From contig JBEWZL010000272.1 in assembly GCA_045837725.1 (NCBI GenBank), forward strand, positions 124,001-188,000: a stretch of DNA of 64,000 nt. The letters run 5' to 3'. The position numbers and the translations under genes were made by a program. Below the pieces are notes generated by a model, which was not told where the DNA came from, searched no databases, and saw only the letters and a list, made by a program, of their open reading frames with translations. This DNA is from Vermamoeba vermiformis (taxonomy: Eukaryota). Shown here piece by piece: positions 52,301 through 64,000 of this stretch; position 1 is the stretch's first letter, and each line of letters begins with the position of its first letter.

Positions 52301-54441
52301 TACGTCGAAATACCTCTCCTTGAATTTTTTAACGAAATTTCCAATTAGTTTTCTAACCGAACACTGCTTCATTTGGCAGTCAGTATTGACGATCCAAGGC
52401 TAATTTTGGAACTGTTGAAACTTAAATACGACGTCAATGCAAGGTACGATAGAAACTTGTTCCAATTTATCCGAGCCTTAACCTTCGTACCTTCAAGGGA
52501 TGCAGACGGTTACACCCCATTGCACGTAGCAGCATTGGTCGGTGCAGCAGCTAAAGTCATTGAAATTTTGGTGAAAAATGGAGCTGATGTTAATGCACAG
52601 ACGTACTCGCTCAAATTAACACGTACGAAAAATTCAACTTGATTAACTCTCGTATTAGTATTAATCGTTTTATTTACAGCTGCGATGGTCTTTATGCAAA
52701 TAATGTCCGCGTTTAGGGGTACTGAATATGCCGGTGCCGATGCAGTGCTACCGGATCTGATTTACTTCAACCACCTCGAGGCTTGCAGCAACATGATGCG
52801 AGGCAACAAATATTATCGTGAAGTAATGTAAGAAGTAAGGTATACTAGTATGTCATATTGATTTGATTTTAGGGTTGATAAGCGACCAGTTGCATTATTG
52901 ACCGAAGCGCCGTGGCATTACCACAAACAAACTTTTGACAAGCATGAAGGAACTTCCAAGTAGCTCTAAGTCACGATAATACCATAAATATTGATAGTCA
53001 TATTGATTTACTATTAATATAGTGAACGGTTCTCCGATTGTGATTCTGTTTTCGAATCGCTGACGCGAGGAGCAAATCTGACTTTGACTGATGTGAACAA
53101 AAATAATTATTTGCATTTCGTAAGTACAAAACACTACTGCAGTACTAAAAATTGATATTAATATATATGTCTCTTTTAAGCTCGTCATAATGTGCGGGGA
53201 TAATCATGAAGCGTTATTAAGAGTCGTTCAACATCCACCGTTGAATCAGCTCTGGAACAGCAAAAATGACTCCAAAATATCGCCTTTTTTTGCGTACGAT
53301 ATTACATTTATTCGCATCTTGAAATTTCAAGCTCGATACTAACGTTTCTTTCTAACAACAGTTTGTGTATGAGTCTTACCGAAAGTAACTCATCCAGGTA
53401 TGTTAATATAAGAGGTGCTATTAGTGGCTAATTCATTCGATTAGTTCAATTTACCCGTATCTGCCAAAAACTTATTCGTACGTACAAACGATTTTCTATC
53501 TATTTTGTTCAAGTAATTAATGGATTAATAGAAATAACATGTTCTTATACGACCTCGTTATCAAGCACAATATCGATGTGATGGAATGCGATTACTATGG
53601 AATGTTCCCGTTCTATTACATCGCATCCGCTAAATGGAAACACTTAAACATGCAAAAATGGACGGCTTTGCCAGGTAACCTTGCACATTTAGTAGTATAT
53701 TCTTAATATAAGGATATTATATGCAAAATCATCATTAATGATAATCTAACCTAATTGTAGGAGTGGATCTTACTTTCGAGTTTCCGGATGCGTACAAGCA
53801 GACGAATTTGTTCGACAAGTTATTTCATAAATACCTTGTGAATACAGCGATGCTAAGAGAAACTATCGCTATACGTCCTAATTTTTTGTTACGACAAGAT
53901 CCGAGCGGATTAACTTTGTTGATGCGAGTGGTTCAAGGAGTAAGTTCTGTTTGTCAATATAATACATCATCTGTATTAATCATTGGTATAATATAGATTG
54001 GTTTGGGAGTGGTAAGAGCTCGAAAAACTTAAGAATTGAATTCTAAGTTCGTTTAGGGCGCGCAACACAATTTTATGGACTTCCTCGAAATATTACTCGA
54101 ACATAAGGCGCATTTGAACCTTCAAGAATTGAATGGCAACACAGCGCTGCATTTTGCTTGTCAGTTCTTCAATCTTGGTGCCGTTGACTCGATCCGATTC
54201 AACTTGCAGAACTTGAATATCACCTATCCTTTATTTGCTATACCATTCATGTTACTGGAGGGTACGTACTAATGAAATACCGTAATTATTTCTCTTAAAG
54301 TTAAATTTGACAAATTTATTTGTAGCGGGAGCAGATCCGTCCATCAAAAACAATCGTGGTGAGACGCCGTTGAGTTATGTTCCAGCATTGATGAGTCATT
54401 ACCAACACTTGTATAAATGGATCAAAAGTGCTGCTGAATGA
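49320..54441 (+). CDS. F-box + LRR-like + ankyrin-repeat protein, array copy 3
   Basis: MSLVDDNLLAIFSWL...SQ|VCTKWREI. Collinear with copy 2; ends KSAAE-TGA. Confidence 0.87.
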
Positions 54442-54524
54442 GCTTAGTCGTGGAGCGAAAAATTGGATGTTGATTAGCACGTGATTTGAAATAACCACCG
54501 ATGTAGGCTATAATATAAGTGTTA

Positions 54525-54900
54525 TCTTCGGCTAATTCGTTGTATTCATGTATCTGCCAAAAACGTATCTGTACATACAAACGACTAATCTTCAGCAGGC
54601 AATTAATGGACTAATGGAAGTGTTCATGTACGCCCTGGTTATGAAGCGTAACATCGATGTGATGGAATGCGATTACTACGGAAAGTTCCCGTTCTAATTC
54701 GAGGAAACACAAAGATGGATCTTGCCGGATATGCATAATAGTAGAGAAAATAAGATAATCTAACCTAATAGGAGATTATCGACTTTCCGACGCAATATTT
54801 TATTTGTGCATATTGCAAAAAGATGTGAAGCGAGCAAACATTATCTATGGCGTAAGATCTCAACTACGAGTAAATAAAAGAGTTGAGGTAAGAGTTTGAA
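54525..54900 (+). pseudogene. Deletion-riddled relic of the 3' exons and introns of an array gene
   Basis: Matches ~53425-54025 in blocks (gtatctgccaaaaac, atcgatgtgatggaatgcgattacta, gttcccgttcta, gataatctaacctaat, ggtaagag), with many short deletions and no ORF. Confidence 0.8.
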
Positions 54901-56384
54901 CTCTAACTCAGCAAATCCGACGATACTACCTTTATTAACTCCGTTAATTAAAAGTGCGACCATTAATGATTTAGAGCTTAAGAGCGATGTGACCCGCGGA
55001 ACTTTCAAATCTCCGCTCTAATCCTAAAAAATACGAAAGATTCATACCACGTGCACCAACCTTTAAAAGTTGCGTTTGACAAGAGACGGAGTTATGTCGA
55101 CGACTCAAATGACGCTTTTTATGCTATTTGCTATATAGCATCGTGCACACTCAAGCACGTACCCTGTGTTGTAGCGTAGCAAACCAATACGCGACGACAC
55201 AACATCCCAAGCTATAACTTACCTTCCGGGCAACTCCGATATTTGGGAACATTATATAACCTATTATTGCAGCAATGGCGATTTTTAGCAAGTCTGCACT
55301 TCGCCTACATGCATCTATTAATGCTCCTGTAAATAATGCTTTTTTGTACCATTCTTTTCACTTCCTCATTAGGTGTGAACTTATGGGAGGAAGCAAATTG
55401 AGTTCTACCTTGAGAGAATATGTAAACAAACAGGCCAGAACATACCTTCCACTCATTTTAGCAGCAATGTTTATTAGCATTTAGAAGCATTCAATAAATT
55501 TAACGTAATCTAACTCAATTCACGAGCGATTATTATTTAACAACTTTACGCGATATCCTACAATACGCTCAATCACAAGTGATAGATACTGACTCGCTCT
55601 ATAAAATCTCCGCTCTTATCCTAATGATTTTTCGCAAGAACTTTCATAACCGGTGCTGACCTTTAAATAACGCGTTTTCAGAACTAACGGGAATTTCCGT
55701 ATTATTTCCGCTTTCTTACGCGTGGCGCGTGCTTTGTTTTGCAGTTGTTTTTCTAGGCTTTCACGGCAAAACGTATATGAGGTTGCTTCGTCCTCATTTA
55801 TAATACTAACAAACCTGAGGAGTGATCTACATGGTCAAACGCGTCGCTGAATTTAGACTCTCGATCACAGATCTAGCGTCTAAGGCTCACAGTGATAGAA
55901 TTCATGCTTAAAAATATATTTGAAAAATGTAAACGCTCAGACCTTTATCACATAGCATCTTCGAGCTTCTAAATTAGGAAATTGTCCTAATTTGTCAACA
56001 AAGTTTCAAGCACTGGAAAACTGTTATTTATTAAAAGACTGACGATGAATTACTTATATACAGCCGACTTATTCTGAAATGTCCGCAAATTCATTGAAGC
56101 ATAAAGCCTAACAACACATCACCGCGGCAATGAAATGGATCGTGATTGCGGGATGTCTTAAAAAGTTTGCAAGCAATTCTGTAACACTTGCCGTCCGGTG
56201 CAGCAATAGAACCGGAAAACTCGTTTTTCCTAACATTTTAATGTGGCCGTTCACTGAAAGCCGGTTGTATTGATTCCTCTCAGTAAGAAGAATTATTATT
56301 TTAAATAGTAAAAATTTATTTTCATTATGAAGCAAAACAATGCAACATACGTGCACATCATAAATAATTATTTAATTGAACAAA

Positions 56385-58200
56385 ATGGATGCGCATACGA
56401 AGCAAAAAAATATATCCCTTGCTTGCGTAAGCTGCAGAACAAAAAAGCGCAGATGCGATGGAAACCAACCTTGTTCACGATGCGACAAATTCAAACTCGA
56501 ATGTATATACACTAAGACCAAACCACGTGGCGGTAGAATAATTATTAAAAATTACGATCCAGCGGCTATCACTAAAAGCAACCCCGTTAAAGCTGCAGAA
56601 GGTGATATAAATATTACATTAACTAATATTAATTATTTCTATTATTGAAGGAAATTTTACCGTTGATGGGACAAATTATTAATTTTCGAAAATGCTGATC
56701 TAATTTTTAACTCGACACAGGGATTCCAGCGACGGTTCCGTCCATGGATATCACAGTATATATAAATTATTATGCCAATGAACTCGATAATATTTGCAAG
56801 GCTGAACTTGCGCAGTTTCTCCGTTCGACATCAGATCAAACCAGTGCGTACTGACCGTTAAAAGCCCTTGCATTGCTAAAACTACATTTATTATAGGTGT
56901 AGAGCGTAGATTTCATGTTTGCTCCACTATCGCATTGACAGCGTTTACTATGGGGCATCTGACTCAAGGCAGATCATTAACAGATCACGCCAAGTAAGAT
57001 CATTTTCCTGTAAGACCGTAATATATAATATTTTTTATAGGGCTTATTTACCCCAAGTCTTGTCGAGCTGTTCGTTAGACACTGCTATTGGGTTCAATAA
57101 TTTGGCCGCGTGCCACATGCTCGAGTTTGAATTTACACCGGTCACTAATTATTTAAAATTATCTAAAAATGTTGCAAATACTATTTGGAAATTTCAGCAA
57201 ATTACTGAGCCTAGTGGATTAACGAAGACTGGTTCAGTAATGGTTCATACTATTTTAGGCAATTTGCTTTTATCTTTAACGACCTTTGTGGACGAAAACA
57301 ATATTAATTATGTCATGTAAGTATAATAGTATTTGTTATAGAGTATTTTCATTAATATTATATTCAATTACAGCCAAAAGACGCAGCGAAAAATAGATCA
57401 ACTTTCTGAGATCGCAAATCAGATAAATATGCCGTACACAAATACTCTTCAAGTAATATTGGTAAGTCTATTAATGCTATAATTCATTAAATTTCGAATG
57501 ATTACTGAACGTATTATTCATAGGGACTGTTTTCAATTTGCGTTGGTGAAGTCAACCAACTTTTTGACTCAATAAGCAAAATTGAGACCGCTGCCATAGG
57601 ATTGAATGATACGTGGCGAGAGTAAGATATATTTTTATATGATAATCATTCACTTTTGATTGTATTAATCCTGTTTTTTTCAGCTCAATGTTGTTAGTCC
57701 ACATGATCCGGTCGTTCAAGTTGGCGCTGCTTCAAAATAACCCTGAAGAGTTAAACAGGGAATGCAATAATTTCTTAGAAGTATTATCTGCGTTAAATGT
57801 TCGTGATGGCTTTACCTTCGCGATATTGCATACCACTGCGCTATTGTGGAGCGCTGTAGGCCTGAATGCCGAGCTACAACAGGTAAATTAGCGATCTAAT
57901 TTATTTAGGGACGCACTTACTAATATCCGTAATGATTTTCAGTTAGTTGACCTTGTGCGCCAAATCCAGATGTCCTATCCGGGAGTTAAATTTATCGTCA
58001 ATCGTTTCGAGCAGCCAGAGCAAAGTATACAATGGAACCCATTCGTAGACCTTGTTTACAAGTATAGTATTGCTCATTCAATTCCGATGGAAGAGCAGAT
58101 TCAGCACATCCAAACCGAATCAAATCTTACGTGGATTGATGAAGATTTAGGCCTGAATGTAGGGTCACAAAATTGTACGGAGCATTCCGAAGTTTGGTAA
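56385..58200 (+). CDS. Zn(II)2Cys6 binuclear-cluster transcription factor
   Basis: CVSCRTKKRRCDGNQPCSRCDKFKLEC has C-x2-C-x6-C-x5-C-x2-C-x6-C spacing at the N-terminus. Multi-exon. Confidence 0.9.
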
Positions 58201-58257
58201 TTTGCGCATTTTCGAAATGCGGCGGTGCGGTGCGAACTTTTTTTGGTAATTGCGGAG

Positions 58258-60932
58258 ATGGCGAAGTCCGCGGTCATTACTTAAGGTAATTTTCAGTCTT
58301 TTATTATAATTTAATTTATTTAAACATTCACATGCACATAAAACTAATATTTACCATTTTCCTAGCGGGTCTGCTGACAGATCGTGTCACATCTGAATGC
58401 CTGCAACCGTTGGGAGTGGCTTTACCTATTTGGATTGGAGATAGTAAGTTATAAATTTATTATAAATTAATATTTGTTATTAATAAATTAATGACAGATG
58501 GCACCGGTCCTGCATGTGCTAGTGGATATTATTGCCCATTTATAAATGAGACAGATCCGACTACTTGGCCTTCTGTTTGCCCGCCAACGCCGAGCTGCTA
58601 CGTAGATAGAGTTGTATCGATACTATGCGATCAACAAGGAACTTATGAGCCTGTTGTATGTGAAGCTGGATTCTACTGCCCAGATTTCAGAACAAAGTTG
58701 ATCTGCCCTGAAGGCCATTTTTGTCGCTTGGGATCGACAGAACCAGTAGAATGCCAATTTTGGAGCGACTGTCCTGAAGGTTCAGAGCAACAACGATTTT
58801 ATGGCGCTTTGGTTTTCCTCATCGGACCGGATTTGCTCCTTGCGGCTGCGTTATTCGCGTATTTATTCTCGCAATATAAGAAAGCTCAAAGACACTCTAG
58901 GAAGACTAGCATCAATATCTCACTTTCGACTGAGATTCCCATGGAAACATTGCTCGAGATCAAGCCTGCCGTAAAAACTCTCGTGGAAGGATTTCAACGC
59001 AGCAGTAACTCGTCTCCACCGCTCGATATTGCGTTTGAAGATTTAAGACTAGTCTTGCCTGCGAAGAAAGTATTATTAGAAGGCGTTACTGGCAACATGC
59101 ACGCAGGAAACGTAACGGCGATTATGGGCCCTTCGGGCGCAGGCAAAACTATCTTTATTAGCACTCTTATGGGCAAGATAGACTCGAGATGGAATAGAAG
59201 TGGTCAATTACACGTTAATGGCGTCGAAACATCTCTTTCTGCGATCAGATCTTCGGTTGGTTACGTGCCGCAAGAAGACATTATGCACTGCGAGCTGACT
59301 GTATGGCAAAACATTTGTTATTCTGCTGATGTACGATTGCCTCCGTCATGGACGAAGAAAGAGCGAAGAGCTTATTGCCATAGGTAAGCAGATCCAACAA
59401 ACAATTTCGATGCATTTTTTAGCTTGAAAATTCGTTCAAAACCCTTACTGCAGTGATAGTATACTCATACCTTATCACAGTATCGTCGAAGTGCTGAATC
59501 TCAATCACGTGAAGCACTTGCGTGTTGGTGACGAGAAGACACGAGGCATCAGTGGAGGTCAAAAGCGAAGGCTGAATATCGCTATGGAACTCGCTGCTGC
59601 ACCTCTTATCTTGTTCTTGGACGAGCCAACGACAGGCTTGGACGCATCGTCTGCATTAGAGGTCTGTGAAGTGCTTAACAAGATTGCAAAGTTGACCTCA
59701 ATCAACGTGGTCGTCGTGATCCACCAGCCGCGAGTAGAGATCTGGAACTCGTTGGATAACTTGCTGATTTTAGCTCCTGGCGGAAAGACAGTGTATTTGG
59801 GCCCACAGAGATATGCGCAAAAGTATTTCGAGCGTCATTTGGAGGTCGAATTCAAGCCGTTCGAGAATCCAGCGGACACTTTGATGGACGCGATCTCCAA
59901 GTTTGGTTTGGCGTATGCTGACAAATGGAAAGTCGATGGACCATCATTACTAGAATCGATAATGCAAGGCACTAAGATCAAAGAGAACAAACGAAAAAAG
60001 AAAACGGATCCGAGACCAACACAAGCGAATCCAGAACAAGCTCAGAAGAATTAGCGAACAACACGACGGAGAGAAATTACGAAGGGTTTGATATCAAGAA
60101 AATTGCTAAACGTCGTGGAGCCAACATCTTCATGCAAATCATCTACGCTCATGGCCGTGCATTGAAACAACAAGCCGTGGGTTATCTCTCGTTGCTGCTC
60201 GAGTTTGGTTTGGCACTATTGGCCGGAATTTTAATCGGTTTGGCAACGACTGGCTCGTACCGAGGACTGCTCAAAGTGCCGTACATCTTGATCTCAGCGT
60301 CCCCTGCGGAGTTAATTATTCCGCTGAAGGCTCTGTTCATGAACATATCGATCGGACTTGTCGGCGCCACTGCTGGTGTCCGTGCCTTTGGAAGTGATCG
60401 CGTGACGTACTGGCGTGAAGCAGCAGCAGGACACAACCGTGCAAGTTACTTCCTTGGCGTGACCATTGCGTACTTTTATCGCATTGCAATGTCCTCGCTG
60501 CACTTTGTGATCATTTTGTACGTGGTTGGCATGCCGATCTCAGACTTGAGCCGAATGTACGCGATTGGATTTTCAACTTTCTTCGCAGTCTATGGCATTG
60601 GCTGTGTCTGCTCAATTTTGTTCGACCCGACCGACGCGCCGTTGACATCTGTCATCGCAACACTCGTAGCCGCAGTCATGAGCGGATTTATTTCAGTTTT
60701 TCCGCTCGGTCTCAAAGCGATCTCGTATGCGTTTTGGAGCAGCGAAGCTTTTTATGCTGGAGAAGTGGAGCCTTTTGGAAACATCTTCGATCTTGATTCT
60801 TCGAGCAAAGGTTGGGAATACACACGCGACAGATTTGCAGTGGACATGGGTGTCGTCATTAGTCTTGGCGTGGCGTACAGAGTCATAGCGTTCATCTTCA
60901 TGGTGTTGCTGAACCGTGATAAACAACGCTAA
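58258..60932 (+). CDS. ABCG-type half transporter with a Cys-rich extracellular N-terminus; frameshift near 60000; 5' end unresolved
   Basis: [15 protein letters not shown] repeats, TM helix, Walker [16 protein letters not shown], signature ISGGQ, Walker [18 protein letters not shown] and an ABC2-type membrane domain. Confidence 0.85.
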
Positions 60933-61239
60933 TGGGTCGACATCTGTTTTGTACTTAAGCCGTAGGTCATATCGCCTATCTCAGGCGAGATTAAATAAAA
61001 TTGCGCGCTTTTCGATTTATTTAAGAACATCGTTTATTGATAGCAGAGTTGATATGATATTAATCTTTCACCTCGTGACAAACAACGTTGAAACAATTAC
61101 TGAGATCCGTTGTATGGGAGGGAAAAGGAGGATTCGGGTTGGAAACGATTAGTTAAGGAAATGTAAGGCGAAAAATATTTAAATGCGAATTTTTTCATAA
61201 TATTAAAATTTGTAGTAAGCCAAATTACCACAGATCCGA

Positions 61240-63235
61240 ATGTTACAGTCGAAAATTCAGAATCCATTAGCTTACGAGCTAGAAGAGGCAGAAAAGAGCA
61301 ATATTGAGCACGAAAAATACCACGAAAATCTGCAAGAAGTAATTGCAAGCATAAGCCAGCTGAAACGCTTGACGACAACAGAGGAGCGCGAATTGAGAAT
61401 GGCCAAAAATTGGCTTATTTACACAGATCAATTAGCATTATCAAATCTATCCAAATTGAAGTGTCGACAAATCGCTTTGACTTCGCCTGTAAAAGAAGCA
61501 CTTTGCAAATCCACAAGCAGCTCAAACTACGATAAAAATCTCATAGATGAATTCACCAGCGTCGTCGATGACAGTGCATCTGCTATTGACCAAACAGCCA
61601 CTAGAGTATACAATTGTGCATACAACGTTTTTCATTCGATAAAAACCAAACTTGAAGCAAAGGCAGAAAACGATACTTTGGACGAATGGACGCTAATGAT
61701 AGACACTGTTGTAGCGCTTGTCAAGGCCTACGTTACAACATATTGCAAGAATCTTTTTGATATCGAGTATGATAGTACAATTGACGGTCAACGCGTCCTG
61801 ACTTTAAAATTTATCTGGATGACAATCGCTCGTTGCCAATTTTGCTTTGCGAAGTTTCTAAGGAGGCTATGGGAATATTAGATCATTTCACAGTTGTGCA
61901 TAAAGACGGGATGAGGCTTCCCACCATGATGCAACAACTTCTTCGGAAGCAACTCCGTCGGGTGCCCATCGAGAGCGCAGGCATATTTGGAATATTGGTT
62001 GGTAAGAAACTTATTAGTATTGCCTTAGAATCGTTCTGATTTATTATTCTAGGTCAGTTTGATATTCGAATTGTGTTCATGAAAGCAATTTGCAAGAACA
62101 ACTTATGGGCCTTTCCTATCCACCAGGTGGGGCGTGCACTAAATATAAAGCAACCGAGAAGCTTTACGCACTTTTTCAACGCCCTGGCACAAGTTGAATC
62201 GTTTGCGCAGGAAGTAAAGCGTGCTGCTCAACCAGAGGAGATTGTTCGACACTTTCCAATATTCCCCGAAAATCCAGAGCCAGGAAGAAGGTCTGCTAAA
62301 GAGCCTAAGAGTGATCAAAACACAGGCAACAATAACACAAACTCGGGGAGTAGCCGTCAACATACGTCTTTCAAGCAACAATTTTTGCCAAATTTGGAAG
62401 GAACGTTGAAGGATGTGAGAGAATTCGAAGAGAATTGTTATTCTGCTATTTGGAAGCGCGGAGATGAAGCCGAAGACGTGTTTATCATCACAAAGACTGC
62501 TTGTGACACTCGTGAGATCGAATTTTTGAAGGAAAGCAACTGTCGAACGATTGTCAAGCTGTTACACTCAGAAATCAACTCACAAACCGAAGGTATTAAT
62601 TATTATTTATATGCCTCACATGTCAAGTTACACTAACCAGTTTAAAGATGAAGTTACGTACACGTTAGTATTGCCATTTTTGGAAGTGGAAGATTTTGTG
62701 CCCTACGGACTCGTTAATCACCTAACATTTGCTCGCGATATTCTCGAGGCGATAGATCATATCCACACAAAGCATATAGTTCATCGAGATATCAAACCGG
62801 GCAATATTGGACGATCGCTAGATGGAAATTGGATCTTGTTCGACTTTAACAACGCAACAAGGTTATTAGAAGAAAATAATTACAGGTCATTTAGTGAAGG
62901 TGTTGGCACTGAAGATTTTATGGCTCCTGAAGTCATGAAAGTGGATCCGCAGCTTGGTTATGATTGTAAAGCGGATCTATTCAGCTTTGGCAAAGCATTG
63001 TTAGAAATGTGTCAGACGAATTCGGTAACTAATATTGATATACTTTGGTGGTATTTTAACTTCGTATTAGAGAAAATTTTATGCCCCAATCCAGCTAATC
63101 GCGGATGTGTGCACGAGAGCTGATCCAAACCAGCGACCAGAAATCAGCGACTTGTTGCAGTTTGTGCAACTTAATCTCGACAAAGTTATGTTGAAGAAGG
63201 AAAAGCAAGCTGCGAAGAAAACAATCTCTGATTAG
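61240..63235 (+). CDS. Crinkler-like PD-(D/E)xK nuclease + Ser/Thr kinase fusion with one frameshift (start uncertain)
   Basis: RPDFKI...ILLCEVSK...HKD...IFGILVG (REase-like). Kinase motifs HRDIKPGN, LFDFN, GTEDFMAPEV, ADLFSFG and DPNQRP. Introns 62002-62052, 62593-62647 and 63025-63070. Confidence 0.78.
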
Positions 63236-63600
63236 GGGCGTGGACAACGTTTTCGAAATGCTGCAAACTCGCACATGTGTTCTGTTGGTATGCATTCAAG
63301 CTACTCAATGGTAAGGCACTCATATGTTAAACTTTTTACGATGTTATCTTCTGCTCTGACTAAATGTTGGTTGCAAAATAGCGGGTGCGGATCCAACGAT
63401 CCGAAACAACAAAGCTGAAACACCGCTTGATTTCGTTCCTGAACTCTTAGAATACTGCAAAGATATCTATCCGACATTGAATGGAAATAATGCGCACAAT
63501 ATTTTGCAACTCTGTATAATTCTGTATGAGATGGAACACACTGGCAGAAAAAATAAAGAAGCACGCGCACTCCGTCAACAAATCAAAAGACAAAGCTTTA
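63232..63600 (+). pseudogene. Orphan last two exons of an F-box/ankyrin array paralog
   Basis: Broken LG(A)VD...YAFKLLN, then a phase-1 intron at 63311-63381 in the paralog position, then AGADPTIRNNKAETPLDFVPELL. No upstream exons are present. Confidence 0.8.
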
Positions 63601-63643
63601 GAACTTTAATTTTTAGTATGGCAGGAATTATTAACGACCAACA

Positions 63644-64000
63644 ATGGAAGCAACGAAAGTCGAGTTGGTGGACGACATCTGGATTTACATTTTCAACTTC
63701 CTGTCGCTGTATGAAAAAGCCAAATTGTCCCAGGTAAATAATTGTTATCGATGTATTAGTAAATAATAATTGACTTTTTTGTTTCGAATAAGCAGAAATT
63801 ATTTTTGGTCGTTGAATCCACTTATGCGCTCATAATTAACCTTATTAAATTTGAAGCAGTCCGTATGTTATATTTATTAACAATAATAGAAAATTAGTAC
63901 GAAATTAATTCGGTATCAATAGATCTCGAAGAGGTTGCAATCTATATTGGCCAACCCTTCAACTTGGCCAGTCATCGAGATAGAAATAACAAAAAAGTCA
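63644..64000 (+). CDS. Start of a further F-box array member (runs off the window)
   Basis: MEATKVELVDDIWIYIFNFLSLYEKAKLSQ, intron 63734-63922, then ISKRLQSILANPSTWPVIEI. Same F-box and first-intron position as copies 1-3. Confidence 0.85.

Noticed and set aside
62551-62647. Apparent frameshift between the ORFs at 62073 and 62551 in the kinase
   Set aside because: Resolved by intron 62593-62647 using the second AG (TTTAAAG), giving E-D-EVTY in frame.
63025-63123. Apparent premature stop or frameshift at the kinase C-terminus
   Set aside because: Intron 63025-63070 restores RKFYAPIQLIADVCTRADPNQRP.

Overview
Gene-dense, intron-rich eukaryotic nuclear DNA in the standard genetic code, with mostly 45-60 nt GT-AG introns. 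Gene content suggests a free-living amoebozoan or similar protist; this is an inference. Housekeeping genes are a HAUS2-like augmin subunit, CDC27 (with a tRNA-Asn inside an intron), importin beta, squalene epoxidase, mitochondrial S18, a METTL21-type methyltransferase, a P450 and two tandem sugar O-acetyltransferases. Fast-evolving accessory genes are interspersed among them. These include a Crinkler/RHS-like SAM-NTPase-nuclease-HhH gene, a nuclease-kinase gene and a tandem array of F-box/LRR/ankyrin genes. The array is interrupted by an ~8.3 kb block (Zn2Cys6 factor, ABCG transporter, nuclease-kinase) flanked by collinear relics of a further array copy. The most unusual single gene is an intact, intronless, alpha-like tubulin that has lost essentially all GTP-binding and hydrolysis motifs. 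Three accessory genes carry frameshifts that normal introns do not explain; in a GPI-anchored lipase there are three successive +1 shifts. Exon models were read by eye, so outer coordinates are reliable to within a few codons unless flagged.
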